From assembly GCA_973851085.1 (NCBI GenBank), contig OZ316776.1:9424001-9488000 (forward strand): a DNA stretch of 64,000 nucleotides. The letters run 5' to 3'. Below, piece by piece: positions 22,412-35,785 of this stretch (positions are counted from its first letter, which is position 1; every line of letters starts with the position of its first letter). Under the pieces are notes generated by a model. It was not told where the DNA came from, did no database searches, and saw nothing but the letters and a program-made list of their open reading frames with translations. The translations under genes and the position numbers were made by a program. The DNA is from Ptychomitrium polyphyllum (lineage: Eukaryota).

Positions 22412-25341
22412 TCTATCTGCGATGGCAGAGATGGCAGATTTTCGGTTTGAAAATGTTGGATAACGCATGTGTATTGTGTGCATCATGTAGGGCTGTTTGT
22501 GCGCACATTTGTGATTTATAACAAAATGTCTTTTCATCACTAGCGTGCTGTGTTTATCATGTCTAAGTCTTGGGCGATTTCATCTGGTGATCCCGTTTGC
22601 TTTCTTTGTGTGGGAGAATAGATAGAATGCATTTCATTTGTATTGCTAAAACGTCAGCTTCGTCATAACAGCAGTACAGTTTGAGCTACCTTTTGAAGTA
22701 CACACGGGTTACGAAACCTGTTACCGAGTCCTAATCCTCGTTTCATATACATTCTATTTGACTTGCTGTGGGTGGGTGGAGTAGAGGCAATCTGCTCACC
22801 TGATGTGCAGTGTAAGCATGCAATTTTTTATGTTGCCAAGCAGGCAGTAAGAGAGAGCTTGTTATTTGTATAAAAAGATATAACTCATGCGGAAAATTTT
22901 GTTCGAACAGCTCTGTCCTAGACCACCTTGAGTTTAGAAAGAATCGTCCATACAATTTCATTGGATTAGGGGCAATTGGAGCGCCTAGCCGTGCGTGCAG
23001 CAGTCTTAAAAATGCAGGGTGATTTATGAACCATTCGCCTACCTATTTGGCTAAGATATGACATCAAATCTGACTTCTACTAAGAATTTTCACGGTCTTC
23101 ATTGTTGCAATGGCTTAAAAACTTCACAAAGAAATCGTCCTCAAGGAAATCATGCTATGACTTTGTAAGCATGTGAAAAATCTTGACAAAAGTGCCAAAA
23201 TCACCGCAACTAAAATCTTTACATGGGTGACGTACCGCAACAACCAAAACGACTCAATCTATCATAAAGCAAAGAAAAGTTGAATCATCTTCAATCTTAG
23301 GACATTCGTATATCATCTCCCATCTGCCTGAGCTGGCAAGCTTCCTAACACAATGCTGCCCTCCACGCATACAAAGCTTGTACAACTCCCCAGAGTCATT
23401 ATGGACGAGACCATTGAGATCTGGTGTATGAACATCAGTTGGTCATACACCAGTTGGTGATACCACAGTTGAACATGCTATCAGTATTCACGTCACCTTA
23501 AATATAGCCAAGAATTAGAGTAATAGTTGCACAAAAGAAGAGATTTTGTTTTAATTGACCATAGAAGCACATGGAGAATTTTTTTACAAACCAGCTACGA
23601 GTTCTAGAATTAATGTAATAAGCATCTAAAAGCATCTAACATAGTACTTCAATTTTACAAGTTTTGAGATATCCTCACAAATTCCTGTGAGCTTGTCCCT
23701 ATGTGCAATAAGCTTCGTCGCAAAGACTTGTTAATTAAAGCATTGATGTCCGGCACAGTGCGGTAGCTGTATAATGGAAATCCTCGGTTATATTCCATCG
23801 ATCATAAACGATGACAAGACTAAAGGAAAATAAACTTCATTCTCCTTCTGTCCGTAATAGATAGTTGCTTTTCGAGACTCCAAGTTCAGCATAAAAAATG
23901 AATACGGAGTGTCATATTCAAAAACTGAAGCAACCTTACGACGTGGTAAAACATATAACCAGCGTTCCGATGTATACAACTACATGCAGTTGAGACCACA
24001 TGCGTTGACTTCCAAGTTTGGACCCGAAAACCAACCACAAGAGCAGGGAACTCAAGCACAGAAAAAATTACCAGAAACAAAGGATCCTTGGGTAACCACC
24101 AACGCAATTGCAGATGGCGAGAGGGCTAAGGTTGACCATCAGAGTAGAGTGCCACCACAACTTACCGTTATCATTATAATGCCACGTCATACCCTCGGTC
24201 GATCACTCCAACACATCACCCTCATGTTTTCTCAACTCCACACTTCTCGAGAGCCGCTTATGCAACAATCACGCTACTGCAACGGCATGACAAAATCGTG
24301 TCAGCTTGGACCAATGTGCATCAGCTTCGCCATAAAGTCTGCTGAGACTCTCCATTCTGGGTGAAGAATGTAACAACTTTGAGAACACGACCACCTTTAG
24401 GGTTAGGGTTTTAAGATGAAGACATAAAACTCCCACAACAGAGAACAACCTACACAACAAAGTCAACGCAGCAGACGAAACCCAGCACTGCAATGGACAA
24501 GCAAACACACTCAACCCCAAAAAAAATCACTTGCGTTCTATTCAAAAAGCCGGTTGCATCACAATATCGCCCCAAGTGAGCATCCAACTTCAGAGAGAGG
24601 GAAGAACAACATCGCATTCACTCGTCCCCACACATCACACCAGCCCATGCCGGAAGGAAGTAAGGTAACAACAGCTACAACCATGTGCATTACCAAGTCA
24701 CGTTCATCAAGAAGTTATCCACCACGAAACACCTCCAATTCTATGTAAGCAAAAAAATCACCTCAACCAAAGTTCCAACTCATGATCGAAGGAAACTCAT
24801 GCTTCAAACAAAATGCGTCACCTTGAGCAGCGAATGTAACGACTTTTCCTTCCCAAATGAATGACAACCACCGCTTCAGCACGCACGCTTATTAGAGACC
24901 CATTTCCTAAAACCGTCAAGTTACCCAAGACCGTCAATCATCCCCAAAACCGTCATTATCTATGAAATTCATATATTCCTTTGAGCACTTTATCCAAAAA
25001 TCCGTAGCCAGTGTCCCGTCACTCTACTGAACACCCTCATCATCTTGCCTGTGTAAATTTCGGAGAGGGAATCAGCAAATATTGAAGATGTTATGTGTTC
25101 CAGTTCAGCGACGGTTTTTGGTCATGTAAAAATATCCAAAACCGACCGTACTTGCAAAATTTAGAATGTCTATGGAATATGAACAATTGTGGAAATCGTA
25201 ATTTGAGAACGACCTAGATAAAATTCGTTATGATCAGACTGTCGGTTTTGGGTACCTGTATCAGCGACATGCCTTGGGTACCCATAAGTGTGTAAATCCA
25301 CTGTGCGTCCAAGGGCCGTAAATCCTAGTCACGCTCTGCTG

Positions 25342-25412
25342 ATTGGCTCGAAAGACTACCTTCGGGGCACGTGATTGGCCGAGACTCGTGGCGAAGGAGG
25401 TCCATGTCATCG
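25342..25412 (+). promoter_or_regulatory. Candidate ER-stress (UPR) cis-element cluster upstream of the TIN1-like gene
   Basis: ATTGG (reverse CCAAT) at 25342 and 25374, G-box CACGTG at 25368-25373, CGTGG at 25387 and TCATCG at 25407. Spacing is not the canonical ERSE. Confidence 0.4.
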
Positions 25413-25630
25413 CCGTCTTCGCTTCTAAATGATCTCTAGTTTTTGTTGCAATGGTTTCTTCAGCGGAGTCTGAGTCGGTATAACAGATTTTTGGATTCTG
25501 AGTTTTGTTGCGGGGGTGTGGTTTTGCATTTGGGTGTGGGGCTGTTGGATGGTGCATCGGAGTAAAGGTGCTTTTCTTTCTTGTTTTGAGGATTAGGGTT
25601 TGAGAGAGGATTGCTCAGTTTGGGGTCGCC

Positions 25631-28335
25631 ATGGAGGTGCGATGGGGTGGGAGGGTGCTGTTGCTGGGATTGGCAGTCTGGGCTTTGTTTGTGTTGGAGG
25701 TTAGTGGCGCTGGGCGTACAATCCCTGTGTTGAAGGCTGGAGAGACTCCGGCGTCGGCCTTCGAAGCCGTGTCGGTGAGTGTACGAATTCGCTTGAGAGG
25801 TTGAGTGAGTTTGATGGTCGTGAGGCGTGGGGTTGGCAATTCTATGCAGGCTTATGTGTGATCTGGAAGTAAAAGTCGATGTGGGAGAGTTTCTGGGCTT
25901 CTGCGATGCGTATTTGTTGTATTCTCTTTTTAACGTTGAATATGACATCCTAATCTAGAGTTCTTTCACAGCGAGGAAGAGGAAGATGTTTGCTTTTTTA
26001 GAAGAATATGGTGTTTATTGCTTTTCTCTGTGTGGCATTGATGTGCAATAATAAGTGTTGCCGCTATGATGCAAGTACGAGAAATCATCTTTTTGTCTGC
26101 TTGTATTGAAGTTACGATTCAGCTTTATTCTTTCAAATTTTTGGTGATGATACAACTCAAAAGGTTCGAATTGTACAACGGGTAGATACCTGAAGTGGAG
26201 AGTTCGGTGTTTCTGGATTTAGTGCAATTCTATGTTCAGGAATCTTTCAGTGGAGGCAAATTCTTCCATGTTCTGAAGTTTCAGGTCATTGTTTTTGATC
26301 GCAGTTTGACTCGGGATTTTAGGGTTACGCGCTGCTCTTAGTGGACACCTTATGAGTTAGAAGTGATTGTTGTTTTCTTTGTATGCACAGCAAGTTTGAT
26401 CTTACTCGGACCTTTTCGTCTAGCTCTCACATGATGGACCGTTTCTTTATTATCTGGTTCTTGGTGGTCTCTTTTGCACATCATAGATGCCAGAATTTGT
26501 CTCGTGTCAGAGTTGCCGGCCTCAGTTGCTATTTCTCAATGATGGGGTTTTCTGCACTTCATGGTTACGGCAGTAGCCCATTAGCTTACATTTTGTAGCA
26601 GGAGATGAATCTATGAAATGGTTTTCCATTATAAACAAGAATCTATCTACAGGAGAATCATTTTAGTTTCATTGCACAAGCGTGTTTCCTCATTGCATAT
26701 CAGTAGCTAAAGTGCAAGGACTTAGATGAATTTAACGTAAGCAAAGCTCAAGTTTTATACTTACAACATGCTCCTGGGACGTTTAGGTATATCTAACAGC
26801 TGGAAAATCTTGGTGGTGAGTGGTGCAGGACACATTAGACCTACTTAAGCAGCGAATGGGTTGGAAGGCAGATGAGGTGAAGTTAGGTAGCATAGATACA
26901 CGGGACGCCAAAATAGGGCAAACCCTCATATACGAATTTGACATCCAGGTTGGTAGTGTTGTTATCCCATTGCGGCTTTCTGAGGAGGTCACCTCTTGGC
27001 AGTATCTGCAGGAGCTTCCTGCTCCCGGTAGAGACAATGAAGACGAAGAGGGTGGCAAAAGGGAGGTAAAGAAGGAAGGGGCTGTAAATATGTGGCGCCC
27101 TGAAGCGTTTGCTGCTACGTTGGCACCATTTGAGGTGGCAGGACCTGTAGACCTCTGGATCCAAGATGCGGAGGAGCTGCGACTTGCTATGCCTGTAAGA
27201 GCATCTCTGTTGCTCCATCCTTTCTTAGTATTTTGTTGATAATGTAGATTACTCAGAAGCATTTTTCAAATCTTAGAAAAGCATTCCATGGATTCATTTG
27301 CTCTTATCCGTAGCTGTGAGATTTTAGTGCCTCTGTGTTTATGAGAAACGTAAGAAACGTTGTGGGTAGTTTCTAGCACCATTCTCAAAATGAACATCAT
27401 GGAGATTTGTGGTTCAACATCTCAACTAGAATTATTTCTGTTGTGAGTGTACATATATCTGTGTTTTCTTCCTCTTTATTAACCCTTTGAGGTCACAGCA
27501 TGATGTAGATGCAGGTGTGCTGAAAAGAGTATTGTTAGCTGATGGAGCTGTGGTCTCAGTCCAAGGAGCTCGCGAAGTGAGCCTTTCAAGACCCTTGCAG
27601 TTGCCTTTACCTCTTACCAAAGGTCCAGGAGGTGGTCTGGCTTCTAGTTTGGTCGCCCTAGCTGCTCGCCTTCGATCCGCATCTCGTGGAGAGGAGAAAC
27701 CGCTGCTTTCACTCCGGATTGTCGGCCCTACTTCGTTGACGGCCGTGAAAACTCCGGCAGAGTCAAGTGGAGGGAGGTTGAAGGTCAAGAGGCTTGGATC
27801 CGGAGCTATCGAGGTAACCTCTCCAGTGGCCAAGAAATCAGAGTCAAAACCTATTACGGTACCTTATGGAACCTTAGCTTTGACTGATAACATCGAAGAA
27901 TTATACATGTGGCCTCTTCCATCCATCAACAAGACAAAACTAGCAGGCCTGGAAGAAGCGCTGATCAAGACTATGGGTCCTGTCGCATATAAGCAAGGCT
28001 CTTTCCAGCTTTTGAAGGCGAAGGTATCTGCAGCTAGTTTTGTGCACATTGATTTTGAGGTTGAGAAAGCAGTGGAGAGGGAAGCTCTTCAAGGTGAGAT
28101 GTGGGCAGAATGGGCAACGAAGCCTTCTGTGGAGCGGCTACAATTTGAGCTTTTGACGAAGGTTGAGGGGAGGAAATTGATGCCTGTCAGGGTTCAGCAA
28201 TTAGAGCCAGTTTTGCCAACAATTGCAATTTCACCTGACGTTTTAGATGGTAATATGACCATGAAGGCACCTCCGTTTTTGATGCCTCCAGGGGCTATGA
28301 CTTTAGATGTCGACTTAGATGGTATTGTAGATTAG
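25631..28335 (+). CDS. TIN1: TUNICAMYCIN INDUCED 1-like protein with signal peptide; 3 exons
   Basis: Exon 25631-25774 encodes MEVRWGGRVLLLGLAVWALFVLEVSGAG (signal peptide); further exons 26829-27194 and 27499-28335. LAPFEVAGPVDLWIQDA..LRLAMP|HDVDAGVLKRVLLADGAVVSVQGAREVSL and LLSLRIVGPTSL match plant TIN1. Confidence 0.88.
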
Positions 28336-28859
28336 AGTTCAAGGTTGCTGTTTCTACATTGTTGCTGTATATGTATTACATTCATGATACAATGCCACGA
28401 AAATTCTGTAGCTAGAACCTAATTTATTTCTTGGTCTCAAATTCTTCCCGGTGTGGAAAATGTGCCATATTTCTTGTGATCAGTTCTTGGACCTCTATTA
28501 AGCAACATAGCAGAGGAGATTTCTGAAGCCTAAAAATGACAAGATCTCTCTAATGTTTGAGTGCTTTCAAAGTGCTAGTTTCCCCGTTATACAGAAGGTT
28601 ATGCCTTCAGTCCTTTCTAAAGCACAAGATTTGCAATACACACTTTAAAACTTATATTTGTCACAAAGACAAGCAAAAAGTGCATTTTTGTGTATTTTCA
28701 TGAACCAATGAAGAACCAATGAAGAATTTCTGCAATGTTGGCACATTGTCCAGAAGCTTCAAACTTTGGACCTCTCCAAAGTTAGCCAAGCTCTCCCAAG
28801 TCAACTCTTAGTCTACTCCAAGTGTCAAAAGTTCCTTCAATTGCTCACCATTGTTAAGA

Positions 28860-31800
28860 ACTAATTTTATAAAAAAAAAAAACACTTTAAAAACATAAAA
28901 TGAGGGAGTTCTATTTAATAAATGATTCTAAAGCAAAAAACTCCTTTTAATTCATGACTTATTGATGCATGTGATGTTTGTTCTACTATTAGGTAAAAGA
29001 AAAAAAGATAGAATAGCCAAAGATCTAATTATTTTATTATAATACATGTTGATTGATAGATGCTTTATTAAGATTTGTCTTTACCATTACATCATTGTCT
29101 TCATACACTACTATAGTACCTTCCATCATGTATATGAATATCTACACACATCTTCTTATTTCATCATCTATTTATAATTAATTAAAATTCCAAAATATCC
29201 AAATTATATGGATAGAAGAGTTTTATTAAAGATCTAAAAAGTGGAATAAGTAATATGAAATCACCCTCATATCTTTGTATTAAAAACACAACCGTGCTTC
29301 TAAAATATTGTTTCAATATTAATGCAATGATTTAGTAAATGCTTAATAATTTAGCAATACTAAATGGAATTGTAAGTATTTCAGTATTATTAGTGTATAG
29401 TATAAGTTTCATATTTGGCACTGTCAATAAATATAAATATGTTGATGAATTGAATCACAAATATCTATAAAAAATATTGCCATTAGTATACAATAGAAAG
29501 AATTAACTATTATAGTGAAGATTTTTCTTCTTCAAAACTAAAATTTTCTTAAACTTACACAAGCTTGTTGAAAAAATGCACTTCTTTTCAAATATAATGG
29601 AATTAAACCATCAAATGCAACAAAACATATATTCCAATCAAAACCATAATTTTTATTTTATAAAAATCATATATAAGCACGTATTCAAATTCATAAATAA
29701 AATTGTTGAACCTTGTAGTAATATATTTATCAACCTTATGCGTAAAACATGAGGATTTAATACTAGTCATTAACATGAAGTATATACTTTATTTAGATAT
29801 TGTTATAATTTCTAAAATTGTAAAAAAGTATTTTTGAAAAATGAATGATAGTACAATTTGGTGCTTGTGCTGTTAATAAATAAATTTTCATTCATTATTG
29901 AATACAAGTTAACAACAAATTTATCATTCTGAAAATAAATAATAAATAAAAATTTGGAAATAAGACTTTCCATTTGTTTTCAAATTAAAAAGTAATTTAT
30001 CACTTAAAGATGAAAAAAAAGATTATTACAAATCTTCTTATAACAAAATCTCAAGATGCAAATACATGTCTTATAAATTACTTAGAACAAATCATATAAG
30101 GCCAAGACTCATTCTTGTACTTTCATAATATTTTTGTTCTCAAAAACTAAAAACATTTACATTCCAAAATTTTCTTGAATTTTTCCATTTAGCTTAACAA
30201 TAATTTAGTATGGAATTGGCATTTAATTTACTTGTTACAATTTTCTAATTTCAATTAATGATCCTCCTACCTCTCTATGGTAATAAAGACTCTATTCATT
30301 TGAATAAAATTGATGAGATTTGTATTATATAAATAAAGTAATAAAAATTTTACTTACATTTCTTTTACATTATATTTATGAACAGAATAATTCAAATCGT
30401 GGAAAATTGCATGCCACTAATGACAAAAAATTTGAATTTTTAATTGAATGTAAATGTTGTAAAGGGCTCTTTGCTTCTTCAAAATTTAATTAAAATTTAA
30501 ATAAAATGAAAGTACTAAAAATTTAAAGTATTTAACAACAAAACAATTGAATGTGAAACTGGAATGTTTTATTGTAGAGATCACGTTTTTTAAAGGCTTA
30601 AATATATTAAATTTTAATAATTTTTTTTTTTTAATATATAACGTATTATTTTTTAAAAGTTTAAAATCTTTTAAATGAGTCACCTCAAATTTAAAATTAT
30701 TATTTTTAATGAAAGGTAGAAATGATAATCAAAGTAGATAAAAATTGACATATATATTAAATTATTGTACATGTTGGTTTTATTTTGTAAGTAATTATTT
30801 TGAATTTAAAATTCTATAATTTTTTTTTTAAATGAGCATAGTATAAGTTGATTCTTTTGGAAGTGGATCTCTCTAAATTTAAGTACACATTAAAATGCTA
30901 ATAACAAGAGTAAATCAAATAATATAATAGCCTTGTTTTTGTAATAATAAGTTCAAAACCAAATTGATATTTTGTGTATGAAATTTAAATAGTATTATAT
31001 TGAGATGTTGAATTTTAAAGATTCATAAACATAATTGAAAAATTACTTCTTTTTAAATGTTCAATATATTTCTTTTCCATGAAAAAAAAGAAAAAATGAA
31101 ATTTTTTAGTTGCTTGATGTTGCACTATTATTACAAATATAAAGCATTTGAACCAAATATTCTATTTTAGACAATGTTTTGCATCATCTTGCATTTGAAG
31201 AAAATTTAGTACAATATTATTTTACAATTATTTGTTATAGTAGATGGACATCCAATTAAAAGATGATATGAAGGTTTTTAGATATTTTAATACATTGCCT
31301 ACAATGTTTTAACATCTTATAATATGATACATAACACGGTACTTAGTTAGCAATGGCTTGGTGTTATTATACCATATCACAATCACCAAATCATATAAAT
31401 CACACTTCTAGTAACAAATTCTTTGGAAACAAAAAATCTTGCAAAATCCTTTTTATTCTTAAAAGTCAATGTAATAAGATATGGATTTCTTGTGATTGAA
31501 GAAGAATCTATTTATATGTATTTCAAGTCAAAAACAATAATATCATGTTTATTATATTAGAAAATTCCAAAATTCTAACATAATTTCAAAGTTGAAATAG
31601 ATTTAGAAGAAATTAAATTTGTTAAAGATGATTGCTATGTTTTTGAAGTTGTATAGCAAGTTTCTTGCCAAAAGATAAGCCGTAGTAGTCAAAAGTCATT
31701 GAATTTGCACTTAAATAATATATAAGATTTACAATTTAGCTTAGTTTGAGTTAAATCTATATAGACTATTATAGTCCCAAAATTGTTGTTTTCTTTTATT

Positions 31801-32230
31801 ATAGTGAATATTGTATTTTATACAAGAAATATATGCCAAATTAAAAACTACATCTAAAAACAATTTGTTTTGGTAGAATACATTAAGTGTGAATAGCTAC
31901 ATTGATAATACTATGCACCACCATTTCCATAATTCTTGTACTTGCATGCATAGACACGGATTCTTCTAATATTGCATTTTATTTTGAAAGTTTTATTTTC
32001 CTTATTTCTCTCTTGATTTTGTAGAATTTCCAATAGCATTGAATTTCTTTTATTGAACTTCTTTATTGCTATGTAGATTCTAAAGCAAAATCCAAAACTA
32101 AAAGATCACTTACATGTTGATATTGCCACTCTAACTCCCTTTCATGTGACAACCACTTACTTATGTGAACTAACAAAAAAAAATTTAAAAAGAAAAAAAA
32201 AGAAAAAGAAAAAAATATATATATTTTCTA
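28860..32230. mobile_element. Very AT-rich island, probably decayed transposable or repetitive element(s)
   Basis: Sharp compositional borders, A-tracts at both ends, near-absence of CpG and no intact ORF. It contains a diverged copy (31645-31815) of the element at the window start. Confidence 0.55.
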
Positions 32231-33500
32231 GGATTTCGTCTTGTTTGCTAAGTGCTTCCAACGGATTAGAACAAACTTCTGTGCGCCGAAAGTATTACAT
32301 ACATACCACTGCCGCAACCACATCACAATAAACACACACACACATCATTGAACACTACAGTATCATTCAGATTTTTGTGGCTCAGAGCCTCTCTAAAACT
32401 CTAGTCTATTCAAAGTCTGATCACGCAGCAGCAACAAGGCTGCAAAAGATGTTTTCCCACCCACAGTATAATCATACAAAGTGTACATAGTGGACTCAAA
32501 TGCAAATGACTCTGACCACAATGCTACTCACTCCCACTTACAGCTGGTCAACGCTATCCTCGTAAACCCGGAGGCTAAATTAGGGTCACTCCATAAACTG
32601 CATCCGCAACCAACAATGTGCAATCCATAAATGGCCCTTGAATCTCTCAAATCCCCAACAACGCCACCAACTTCACTTGTCAGTCATGATTTCCTCAATA
32701 TTTTCTCAAGCCAGTCTCCGGAGACTTCGGATTAGGCTCAGCCCTTCACCCAAGTTTTAAATGTTGCGTGGTTATTAACTACAGTACTAGTAGCCGTGAG
32801 AGGATTCCCTGATTCTTGTAATAAAGAGCAGCGCCAGTGTGAGGTTCACGGTGTGGAAACCGCACCAGTAACAGCAGAGAATCGTGGTTCGCCACTCTGG
32901 CCATAGGTTTGCAACTTTGCACTTGAGATTGATCAGTGAAGAGTGTGTTGATGTGGATGGACTTGTGGGGACATGAAGGTTTGGAGTTTAGGATTCCATG
33001 TTGACGTTTGGCATCAGCGTGACGGGACCTTAGTGAGATGGTAAAACTAGATTGATTTTCTCATACGAGGTTTCTGGATGTTAGTGTGCGTTGCGCCAGC
33101 CTTGGCACACGAGGGTGGCGGGGGCTGACAGAGCAAGGGTGTGGAGCATGGTGAAGGCACTGGTGTGGCGCCTCAGTTGGAAGTGCAATGTGTTCGACAC
33201 TGCGGGAGTCGTGGTGCTGGGTTGTCAGGTACTTTGGTAAGGCTCCGAGGACGCTTCGGCATCTTGCAGCTGAAATCACGTGCAAACATCTTGTCACCAT
33301 TGCTGGAAGCAGTTTTTGCTGAGGAACGATCGAATTGTGTTTGCATCTTCATAATGCTGCGAGCGGCAATTTTGTGAACATGACGATGAAGAAGCAGCAG
33401 ACGATAGGGAATGCGGTCATGAAAACACATAAATAACACGAATCTCGTGAGCAACATCAACACCATCGCTTGGACGGGGTTGCGTTGAAGGTTGGCATCA

Positions 33501-35785
33501 ATGGAAAGGAGAAGACGGACTGGGGATCTTCTACAAGCGTGCTTCACTTTCTTCGTAATTTCAGGTTGCATTGCGCAGGAAACTAGACCGCGAAGCTTAG
33601 AAACGGACAGGGAAGCGTTGGAGAGGTTTCAGGCGGCGGTGGACCCGACGGGGAGACTGTTACCGTGGGTCACCGGGACGAATCCCTGCACTTGGACGGG
33701 CGTGCAATGCTACGAGAATCGCGTGGCGTGGCTGCGTGTCTCCGGATTCCAGTTCTCGGGGCCCCTCCCCGCCAACACGCTCGCCGACCTCGACCAGCTG
33801 CGTCTCTTGAGCCTCCATCACAACCGCTTCAGAGGCTCATTTCCGCTCGATCTAGAGCGTTGCACTATCCTGCGGCAGCTCTACCTCGGGTACAATTTCT
33901 TCTCAGGGCCGCTTCCGGACTTCACCGGCATATGGCCAGGATTGAGCCACTTCGATGTAGCGTTCAACAACTTCAGCGGGGCGATTCCTCATTCAATCAA
34001 CGCACTCGACGACTTGGTCGTGCTTGACTTACAGAACAATGCGTTCACCGGGAAATTTCCAGCGTTGAGCTTCGTGAACTTGTTGCGATTCTCGGTGGCT
34101 AACAACAACCTTGAAGGTCCAATTCCAGAGTTGTTGCAGAGATTTCCGAACACAAGCTTTGTTGGAAACGTTCAGCTCTGCGGCCCGCCGACAACGAAGC
34201 TGTGTCCGTTCGCTCGACCACCTGCGGTTGCGCCCGTGGCCTTGATTCCTACATCTGCTGAAGCTAGTGCCCCAATTGCAATAACAGCGTTGAAGGGGAA
34301 GAGCAAGCTAAAGCTGGGCGTAGGAGCGATTACAGGCATTGCGACGGGCGCCTTCGTGGTGGTTGTTCTCATCCTCGTCTGCCTTGTCTTCTGTTGTTAT
34401 CGTCGCCGTGATGCTGAGGTTGAGAGCTCGCATGAAGGCAAGCAAGCGAAGAATTACAACGGTGGAAGCTCGCCGCCCGGTGGCCATGGCGCCGCGGGAG
34501 CAGATCACTTTAAGGAGAGCTACGCGGTTTCGATCTCGCGCTCGCCCAGCAATCGCAGCAAGCGAATACAATTCCTGGATCTAGGCAAGCGGCCGGAATT
34601 CGGCCTTGCGGAGCTATTGCAAGCGTCGGCCGAGGTGCTTGGCAAGGGCAGCATGGGAACTTCCTACAGAGCAGAAATGGCGGGTGACTGCGTCGTGGTC
34701 GTGAAGCGCCTCAAGGACGTTACGGCGGAGCGGAAGGAGTTCGAGACGCACGTCGAGAAGCTGGGCCGGCTGCGGCACCGTCACCTGTTGCCCCTGCGCG
34801 CTTACTACTTCTCGCCAGACGAGAAGTTGCTCGTCACGGATTTAATGTCGCGCGGAAGTTTGTACTCTCTCCTCCACGGTCCTTCCATAAACCCTAAACC
34901 TTCGTCATCGTCTCCAACTTTTGTCCCTGCTCGTTTCCCTTTCGAAATTCGAACCAAGTTTTGATGGTCGTATCTGTTTCCTTCAGGTGCCAGAAGCGGC
35001 GATCGCCCTCCCCTGGATTGGGTCAGTCGACAGAAGATTGCTCTTGGTTCCGCCAGAGCTTTGTCCTACTTGCACAAACCTCGTGTGAAGATGGCGCACG
35101 GGAACATCAAATCTTCCAACATTCTGCTGAGCACAGATTGCGAGCCGTTCCTCTCCGACTACGGCCTGACCTACCTCTTGAATCCCGCGAGCGTTGGCAC
35201 GTCCCGTGTTGTTGGATACCGAGCTGTGGAGGTCATCAACATCCGGAAAATCTCAATGCAATCTGACGTGTACAGCTTTGGAGTGGTTAGTAAAATTACA
35301 CCGAAATCCCAAAGCATCTGATCAAACCTTGATCACATTGATTTTCTGTCGTTGACGCATCTTGTTTTGCTGTGCAGCTGATGTTGGAGCTAATAACTGG
35401 TAAAGCACCGATGCAAGCGGCGAACCAGAAGCTCGACACCGGCATCGACCTTCCAAAGTGGGTTACGTCGATCCACAGTGACGACTGGGCTTCGACTGCA
35501 TTCGACCCTGAGCTAAAGAAATCGAACAATTGTGTCGAGGAGATGGCGCAGATGCTGCAGCTGGCGATCGCATGCGTCGACCGCATCCCTGAGAGACGGC
35601 CTAAAATGGACGACGTAGTGCTGTTGCTGGAAGACATCACGCAGCTGGGCCACAGCAACGAATCGTCCGGGTGTCCGAACTCGAACGGGTCCGGCAGTCC
35701 GCCGAACTCGACAGACCGTCGCTCATCTGGGCCGATGCCGTTGTACCCCCGGCCCTCCAGTGGCGTCTTCGTCGTCGGCGATTGA
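33501..35785 (+). CDS. LRR receptor-like kinase, LRR-III type, predicted catalytically inactive; 3 exons
   Basis: Signal peptide, LRR N-cap (W..TNPCTWTGVQC), ~5 LRRs, GNVQLCGPP cap and TM segment. Kinase domain has LLQASAEVLGKGSMGTSY, VVVKRLK, HGNIKSSN (no HRD Asp) and SDYG. Exons 33501-34878, 34987-35285, 35378-35785. Confidence 0.92.

Noticed and set aside
32175..32232. CTAG at the right edge of the AT island as a Helitron 3' end
   Set aside because: No GC-rich subterminal hairpin precedes it.
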